A stretch of DNA of 64,000 bases from a virus. Lineage: Duplodnaviria; Caudoviricetes. Positions 59,001 to 64,000 of the stretch are shown piece after piece. The DNA lies in IMG/VR virus record IMGVR_UViG_3300020037_009644, positions 64,001 through 128,000 of that record. One strand, given 5' to 3'. The notes under the pieces were generated by a model. That model did not search any database, was not told the origin of the DNA, and worked only from the letters and a program-made list of their open reading frames with translations. Both the position numbers and the translations under genes were made by a program. Position 1 is the stretch's first letter, and each line of letters opens with the position of its first letter.

Positions 59001-61284
59001 CTCGTTCGTGAGAGAATGTTTTTCCCTGATCGGTTACGTAGATTTCGTGCCATCTTTGGTAATCATTTGACGTGGGAAGAGTATCTACCAGATTTTCGTT
59101 ATTGAAAGAAACCGAGTCATACCCGAAGTAAATCTTGACAGGAAGCGATGGAACTGCGGAAGTTGCGACGGGAGCTAACCCGCTGTGAATCGAGTTAAGA
59201 ACAGTTATGACCGTCGATCCGCCCGAAGTGTCGCAAGAAGAAACATAAGCAACGTTTTTGATAATGAAGCGACCGTAATCAACCTTATTATAACTAGGGT
59301 CCGAAGAAACTATCGTCGGCTGAATTACCAGAGTTTTCCCAGGAGACATTCCAGCCGGAGCTAAATTGTGGAGAACTGTATAACTGGTTTCGACGGTCGA
59401 AACTCCAATAACTGTTCTCGAAGAAACGTAACCATCCCAATAGCCGTCCCCGATCGCCAGGTAGGTGTCGGCGAATGTATCTAACTTCCTACCGTTGACG
59501 TGGTAGTATCTTTGCTTAAGGGGAACGAGAACCTTGGTAGGAAATTGAGCCGCGACGGAATCGGTCCAAGAGGCAAGATATTCCGGAGATGCTGAATTTG
59601 ATCCGGTTGATCCCAACCCAAGAGCGTCGTAAGAATCAGGAGTACCAGATCCCCCGCCAATAACGTTGTTTGGTGTGCTCGAGGTATCTAGAGTTCCGCT
59701 AGAATTATCACCTGAAATAATCGAAAACCCGGCATTTCCAATACAGTCGGCAAGCATGATTCCGAAGTTGCCATTCTTGGCAAATGACAGAAACCTCATG
59801 CTGTAACCGTAGGCATGGAGTGAATTATTGGTCTCGAGGACGACCGACTCGAGAGTATAATTTCCTGGAGTCGCTCCGCTATTTCCGGTTACATCTATCG
59901 CATTCAAAACAATAGTTTGATCCGCGGGATTTCCATTAGGATAGAGGGCTAGATACAAAAGATAATGGCTGGAATTTAACTGTCCTGGATCGAAACCAAT
60001 TCCCAAAGCCGAAGCTCCTCGTGGATGAGCAACAAGCATGGAGCTGAGAACGTTGGTCGAGACCGGGATTCCAGCTCGATAAGCGTTTACAGGAGCGGTG
60101 GCAAGAATTCCAAAGGTTTCTTTGTCGGCAGAGGGTCGATTGATTTGAGCAATGGCGTCGGTTGCATCGCAAAGATTGACCCCGTTGATCCTGACAATCC
60201 ATTCGGTGTTTGGAATGAATCTTATTTCATCAACGAGGTAGTCTGCTTGGGTTCCGTTGCCGTAATTGATGGTAATCTGATCGCCAATTTGAACCTGAGA
60301 AAATTGGGCGTCAAAAATATACCCAGTATTATCATTTGGAAAAAAACGAACAAGATCATCACCAACCGAGAGGTCGTCGACGAATCCGGTATTTGGAGAG
60401 TGGGTTAAAAATGTTTGACATCGTGTGGTCGAAACGACGTTGCTTCCGTGGGCTGCGTAGCCGTCCAACGCTCCAATATAGCTCGATCTCGCAATTGGGG
60501 CGACGGCGTTGGCATGCTGGGTCGCTCGATGCTGACCAAGATTGTAGGTCTCGGCATCGTCAAGATAATCCAAAGCTTTTTGAACGTCGGTCGCCGTTAA
60601 TGGAATTTCAACAAAATTGTCGGTATTAACGACAATTGCCGAAGCGTTGTGTGCCCCGCTCGTTGAGTTTTCGTGATCAACCAGATCGTCATTAATTTCT
60701 AAAAGAGCATCTGCGACCGTGTCGGCTGAACGATCATTGCCATCTTTGTCAAGGAGACCTGTCCAGGTATAGCTAGGATCTCTTGTATCCGAAGGCATTG
60801 CGTTAATATCAATTTGAGAAGCTACGTGTCTTGCCTTCGTGCTGGAGTCTGAAAGAAATTCGCTTCCTGTAATATGAAGAATGAGATCGGAAAAAATTTG
60901 ATTGGCAAAGGTGACCAAAGAAGCGATGAGGGCAGAATTATTGAGAACTCCGGTATGAAGATCGGAGGTGGAATAATCGAGATCAAGCTTACTCTCTTCA
61001 ATTCCTGCGTTGCTGGCAACCTGAGAGTTAACAATGGGAAGAGTCGCCAGCCCAACCGAGGTTAATTCGCTTGCCCTGATGTGACCATTCTCGTTAAATG
61101 AGACGGAGAGGAAAGAGGCTAGATCCGAAAGGTTGCCGGAAAATTCACGACCCAAAGATCTTTCAACAGCGAAGACTGCGTCTCTTAGCTGATTGATAGC
61201 CGTACCACCAATCTCGGTTACGTTATCATCAACTCGAAAAATTGTGGTGTCGTCGTCGTAATTAAAAGGAAACGGTGAGCTCAT
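56074..61284 (-). CDS. Large fibre/appendage protein with C-terminal parallel beta-helix (tailspike/depolymerase-like)
   Basis: N-terminal FP...DD...INQLRDAVFAVERSLG attachment-type motif. Repeated IxNN/IxGN beta-helix rungs. 7 DGY motifs. Confidence 0.75.
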   Translation of the reverse strand: MSSPFPFNYDDDTTIFRVDDNVTEIGGTAINQLRDAVFAVERSLGREFSGNLSDLASFLSVSFNENGHIRASELTSVGLATLPIVNSQVASNAGIEESKLDLDYSTSDLHTGVLNNSALIASLVTFANQIFSDLILHITGSEFLSDSSTKARHVASQIDINAMPSDTRDPSYTWTGLLDKDGNDRSADTVADALLEINDDLVDHENSTSGAHNASAIVVNTDNFVEIPLTATDVQKALDYLDDAETYNLGQHRATQHANAVAPIARSSYIGALDGYAAHGSNVVSTTRCQTFLTHSPNTGFVDDLSVGDDLVRFFPNDNTGYIFDAQFSQVQIGDQITINYGNGTQADYLVDEIRFIPNTEWIVRINGVNLCDATDAIAQINRPSADKETFGILATAPVNAYRAGIPVSTNVLSSMLVAHPRGASALGIGFDPGQLNSSHYLLYLALYPNGNPADQTIVLNAIDVTGNSGATPGNYTLESVVLETNNSLHAYGYSMRFLSFAKNGNFGIMLADCIGNAGFSIISGDNSSGTLDTSSTPNNVIGGGSGTPDSYDALGLGSTGSNSASPEYLASWTDSVAAQFPTKVLVPLKQRYYHVNGRKLDTFADTYLAIGDGYWDGYVSSRTVIGVSTVETSYTVLHNLAPAGMSPGKTLVIQPTIVSSDPSYNKVDYGRFIIKNVAYVSSCDTSGGSTVITVLNSIHSGLAPVATSAVPSLPVKIYFGYDSVSFNNENLVDTLPTSNDYQRWHEIYVTDQGKTFSHERARLPRQTESATLLATTNWHISSVSPKLRGYLSGISSDFQKRIRFYVTEYNSTTGEYDGYLGVPISGGPGISNPGPVTRGRKNVPTRFFDETYSDYIDLTFQEISASPGTDVLSNVNVRYVDIDLYPSLQLNDQYLLLATCEVNWDPVSTYPIIQKTNDARQFGSVDEVDFTQSAIDFITSGDALLHENGVLRGLGVSSVSAVADSGEVYFDGGIALVNGKIVIANNSSVTIPQIYTAGTSLPQPMTYVICINESGELTPLILTTTKQQYFVTPGSGNYYLPSVTFFELLQSRKDLTPLAIMAVTVASLTVDLVTDVRRFVHKQSSNNVLTWVSDNNIVGNFYDFTSLTNWINFSDGYQNEIQVKGAFDISTTIPLVNINKKIIIRGLNGVFNCTAAKSFEIDSNVLFEDCTFNYNPTGLSFSSPADLLNVGNACLYSTNVDCENTFVNRCTFTSRNTSQRPPFILFELITGQTIKNVGVTNCSFIDEPISEVGKNQAAAAFYHLGVGFSPNPSCLLNVRIENNFCSHQQGFYMTTELGTTDVESPGMNVVNSSISKNICGSIGYVISGDTNASTEFLKHNVTSGLTIENNTCFIIGNFFGTGNLQLNIDQSEYGFGRVSIKNNYAHWISVQTLDITDGYSSLLIDGNHLDGYDSSYLSLFTPNPPNYAIFVAHSSSGVKSEATVVNNHTNFGRYNSLVYGYDTGVDVQSSGIITGNIVRGLKTSGTGIRASAGTGSAIRNYTICQNQIYRSAAAISAFIRMPSGGTKATGICTDNFFDSTTIDGSSLDVAPNASNTFVVTRNKNQTFSYVVPINCGNFTINLSDGSYAVLAGNLAGDLTVISQDTNLGDPLPSSFIFNYLDLNTANGGNLLIPLLGVLPEGVTITACQLTYNASTIAGTNFIELSLRTNNTDTNNVAWANAGVDTTLALTVTAQSVVRYGFGAATTCPYLIVTFQQNHSSGCTLKVKDITISFVY

Positions 61285-61343
61285 TTATTTTTGGTTTCGG
61301 AATTAAGAAAAGGATATGATGTTGAGTTTTTATCGCGCATCCT

Positions 61344-61745
61344 TCAGGGAAGATCGTCTTCGGTAATTTTCTCTTCGTCTTTGAGAATTTCATTAACAAC
61401 TGTATTGTTCGTTGTTGCTTCTGGAAGCTTAGATTTGAGTTGTGATTTGACAACCTTGACGACGTAAGCTGAACAGAATCCGGCAAGAACACCAAACCCG
61501 GCATGAACCAAAAGATTATCACCAATCTCAGAGGGGAAAGGGAGAGTCTTAACAAGACAAATTAATCCTCCAAAAACAGCAGGAAGAAGTGGAAGAATAA
61601 CATCCCGCCAAATAGTTTCCATTTTGTTGCTTTTGTCATTCCATTGTGGGAATAAAGTTTCGGTCAGCTTGCGGATAAACCAAGTTAAGATCCAGGTTGA
61701 GACCGAGAGGATGATGAAGAACAAACCTAATTCTAATATTTCCAT
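61344..61745 (-). CDS. Holin-like membrane protein (3 predicted TM helices)
   Basis: Three hydrophobic segments and a charged C-terminus. Likely start MEILELG at 61745. Confidence 0.6.
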   Translation of the reverse strand: MEILELGLFFIILSVSTWILTWFIRKLTETLFPQWNDKSNKMETIWRDVILPLLPAVFGGLICLVKTLPFPSEIGDNLLVHAGFGVLAGFCSAYVVKVVKSQLKSKLPEATTNNTVVNEILKDEEKITEDDLP

Positions 61746-61799
61746 GGAGATGTCTCTTGTGCCTTGTTGAAGAAAAGAAGATATTTCATAGGTATATGT

Positions 61800-62640
61800 G
61801 ATAATACCATGATTTGTCATGGTAAATATTGGAAAAAGAAAAGGCGACAGCTGCCTCGGCAGCGCCGCCCTGTCGTTAACCACCAATCCCAAAATACTAG
61901 AAGATCCTGAGAAAGAATTTTTTTATTTTATTTTTGCTGGATCTTTTCCAGAAGAACAAAAAAAAATAAAAAATCCCAAGATAAACCTATCTCGTCATCG
62001 ATAGATGATCTACCATCTTGGGATCTTAATTTCTTAAGATGAGGTTTTCTTTATTGGGTCTTCCTGGTCTTTGTCCTGACCGAAGGTCCGCCCTCTGGCT
62101 GCGTAGCAGAGGTTTGATTTTTCATAAGATCTCCTTTCGGATCATCTGAAAATCCCCTATAGAGATCTCAGTTGAGACACCTTCTTTGATCTCTTGATTT
62201 CTAAAGAAATCAAGAGAGTTTCTTCTAGAAGAAGAAACTGACTTAGATCTGAGAAGAAGTATTTATTCTAGAGGATCTTCTTTGGGGAGATCTAATTGAT
62301 GATCTCTGTCAGGATCTCTGCTGGCTCCCCCTATTGTCCCCCTCATTTGGACCACCGTAGTATGAATTCGAAAACCGGAAAAGTCAAGGAACATTTCTTT
62401 AAAAAAGAAACGAAAACGCAGAAAGCCTGGAAAACAAGGGGTCCGCGTGGGTGTGGTTATTTTATTGAGATCATCCTCGATTTGTTTTATTGCAGACCTC
62501 GCTCGCGTTTGGTTTTGTAAGACCTCGAGGCACAGCCCTTCTCATTTTCGTCAATGAGAAAATTATTGAGATCAATTGGGCACTCACCCATCAGCAATGA
62601 CCCTAGCTAGAAAGATCGGAGGTCTTTAAACGGCAAGCCT
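61800..62640. other. Non-coding region dense in inverted repeats and GATCT motifs (candidate origin or structured element)
   Basis: At least 8 inverted repeats, e.g. TCTCTTGATTTCT-AA-AGAAATCAAGAGA at 62190-62217. 13 GATC sites within 61903-62316. Confidence 0.6.
61833..61869 (-). terminator. Intrinsic terminator-like hairpin
   Basis: Minus strand GGCGGCGCTGC-CGAG-GCAGCTGTCGCC followed by TTTTCTTTTT. Confidence 0.65.
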
Positions 62641-62641
62641 G

Positions 62642-62968
62642 TCAGGATCTGGCGTAATCGTCCTTCAGGCGCACGACATCGTCGAGCTCCGGCGTAGAAA
62701 CTTCTATTACCGAAACATCTCCATGTTCAGCAATCATTCGATGAATTGTTCCCGGATCGATATGGCAAACGTCACCTTGTCTCATAAAGAGGACGGCATC
62801 TCCAATTTCTAGGGTCAACAATCCAGATTGAACCATGATTGTTTCTTTTTTGATTTTATGGTACTGCAAAGATAATTTGTGACCATCTTTTATGAACAAA
62901 ATCTTTCCGACGTATTTATCGGTTACAGCCCAAATATTTTCATGACCCCAAGGTTTTTCGACGTGCAT
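62642..62968 (-). CDS. Cupin, mannose-6-phosphate isomerase type II C-terminal-like
   Basis: EKPWG, LSLQYH..KKET, HRM, IEVSTPELDDVVRLKDDY. Confidence 0.88.
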   Translation of the reverse strand: MHVEKPWGHENIWAVTDKYVGKILFIKDGHKLSLQYHKIKKETIMVQSGLLTLEIGDAVLFMRQGDVCHIDPGTIHRMIAEHGDVSVIEVSTPELDDVVRLKDDYARS

Positions 62969-62983
62969 ATTTCCTTTTAGAAT

Positions 62984-64000
62984 TTAAAGAACGAAGGTAT
63001 GTGTGTGACTAAAGCTTTCCAAGGTTGTCGAATCTCCTCTAATTTGATGACTATGAGCCTGGGCAACGATAGCTCCATTGTGACTGGTCGAAGTTAAAAC
63101 TTGTCCTGGGGATATAATCGTTGGACCAACTTGAAATGTATGTGAATGGGGTAGGATAAGACCGGGGACCGAAGAGACCGAGGTGGTAATAATTCTAGGT
63201 TGATCGGAAGTATTAGGGGTGAACAAGAAACGGTAAAAATTATCTGTTTTGCGAACTCTGGTCATAGCAAGTTTTTGAGCTCCCACAACCTGATCAAACA
63301 AAGCGTTGCGAGTTACGTTAAGGACTTCGTAGCGAAAAACTTCTGCATCGGTATATTTATCGTAGGTGATCAACATGTCTCGATCGTTAATCGTTGGTGT
63401 TGAAAGAGTCCAGCCGTTGGGTGCATAGGTCGATTCTAGTCCGGCATCTTGATAAGGAACATCGTCAACAGTTGCATCGAAACGAACCATAATTCTTCCA
63501 TCAGATCTTCGAGGATTGTAATAAGGCTCCCAAGAAAGAACCCTCCCGCCACCTCCGCAGATAGGACATCGTGGATCTGCATATTCTTTGTTTGCTTGAT
63601 AACAGGCGCAATACATTCCTTTCCAAACACGTTTGACAAGCATGCATGGCTGACCGGTTGTTTCGAGGAGAATCTCTTCTCTCTTTAATTGTTCATCGTT
63701 AACGTTGGATCCTCGAATGATTCTTCCAACCCCAGAATATCCATCGGCACAATAATGTTCTCCGCCGAAGTAACTTCCGACGCATTTTCCGGTGATAATG
63801 TCTATTGGACGAAATCTTTTCCAGCCACGATAATCATATGGAGGAATGGTAACCAAAACGGCGTCGGAAGCAGTTTCGGTGGTGTTCAGCATATCATCCG
63901 TTCGGTTGGCATAACCATCTAATTCGGTTACCGGAAAGTTAGGATAGCTAAAATCTGCCGTCTCGGAATGGATTTTGAAGTTTTGTTCTTCGAGTCCTTT
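62984..64000 (-). CDS. Neck/head-completion-like protein with CxC...CxxC zinc motif and HxH repeats (5' end beyond the window)
   Basis: The frame stays open from 63892 to the window edge (KGLEEQ...ELDGYANRTDDM). LLETTGQPCML, CACY...CPICGGGG, PTINDRDMLI, RYEVLNV. Confidence 0.72.
   Translation of the reverse strand, partial: KGLEEQNFKIHSETADFSYPNFPVTELDGYANRTDDMLNTTETASDAVLVTIPPYDYRGWKRFRPIDIITGKCVGSYFGGEHYCADGYSGVGRIIRGSNVNDEQLKREEILLETTGQPCMLVKRVWKGMYCACYQANKEYADPRCPICGGGGRVLSWEPYYNPRRSDGRIMVRFDATVDDVPYQDAGLESTYAPNGWTLSTPTINDRDMLITYDKYTDAEVFRYEVLNVTRNALFDQVVGAQKLAMTRVRKTDNFYRFLFTPNTSDQPRIITTSVSSVPGLILPHSHTFQVGPTIISPGQVLTSTSHNGAIVAQAHSHQIRGDSTTLESFSHTHTFVL

Larger units (their letters stand above)
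1..64000 (-). mobile_element. Segment of a large (jumbo-type) myovirus genome: tail/baseplate module, glycan cluster, tubulin and helicase
   Basis: Co-oriented, densely packed genes with ATGA/TAATG overlaps. Sheath-tube-chaperone-tape measure-baseplate synteny, very large structural ORFs, tubulin and UvsW-like helicase. No cellular housekeeping genes. Confidence 0.92.

Noticed and set aside
32132-61343. Shared late-promoter motif upstream of structural genes (TTTTCTTA-like)
   Set aside because: Only loose AT-rich similarity in two or three intergenic gaps. Not supportable without motif statistics.
61800-62640. CRISPR array or tRNA in the non-coding region
   Set aside because: No regularly spaced direct repeats and no cloverleaf with T-loop/CCA recognised.
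23331-63919. DGY explained entirely as DxDxDG calcium-binding loops or as a DNA repeat
   Set aside because: Only the dockerin site has the DxNxDG context, and synonymous codons vary among sites.
214-63922. Numerous plus-strand and nested minus-strand ORFs in the ORF track (e.g. 6850-7566, 7671-8273, 53062-53604)
   Set aside because: They overlap well-supported minus-strand genes, lack motifs, and are consistent with antisense or alternative-frame shadows.
1-64000. Stop-codon reassignment as in some huge phages
   Set aside because: Very long ORFs are intact under code 11. TAG, TGA and TAA all end genes at sensible junctions, and the TAG-ended genes checked (2213-aa wedge, spike) are out of frame with the next gene.

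Overview
A 64-kb segment of a large, probably jumbo, contractile-tailed (myovirus-type) phage genome. Essentially all real genes are on the minus strand in standard code. Reading in transcription order (right to left): a neck/head-completion protein (open at the window edge), a cupin, a ~0.9-kb hairpin- and GATCT-rich non-coding region, a holin-like protein, a 1736-aa beta-helix fibre, tail completion protein, sheath, tube, tail-assembly chaperones with an A-AAA-AAA -1 frameshift, tape measure, and baseplate genes (tube initiator, hub, spike, gp25-like, J-like, a 2213-aa LamG wedge, a dockerin-bearing 968-aa protein). An HNH endonuclease cassette interrupts the baseplate genes. Next come an RNA ligase plus 2H phosphoesterase pair and a ~15.5-kb glycan-biosynthesis cluster (Gmd, perosamine-type aminotransferase, N-acetyltransferase, about 9 GT or GT-like ORFs, a degenerate SDR). 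The left end holds a tubulin/FtsZ-family GTPase, an SF2 helicase and small hypotheticals. The most notable unexplained signal is the tripeptide D-G-Y. By manual count it occurs 24 times in seven virion proteins, six of them plausibly surface-exposed. It is absent from tube, tape measure, hub, J-like and all non-structural proteins. Together with the adjacent glycosylation cluster this suggests a sequon-directed, possibly Tyr-O-linked, virion glycosylation system. That interpretation is a hypothesis. All functional calls come from motif recognition and synteny, not database searches.
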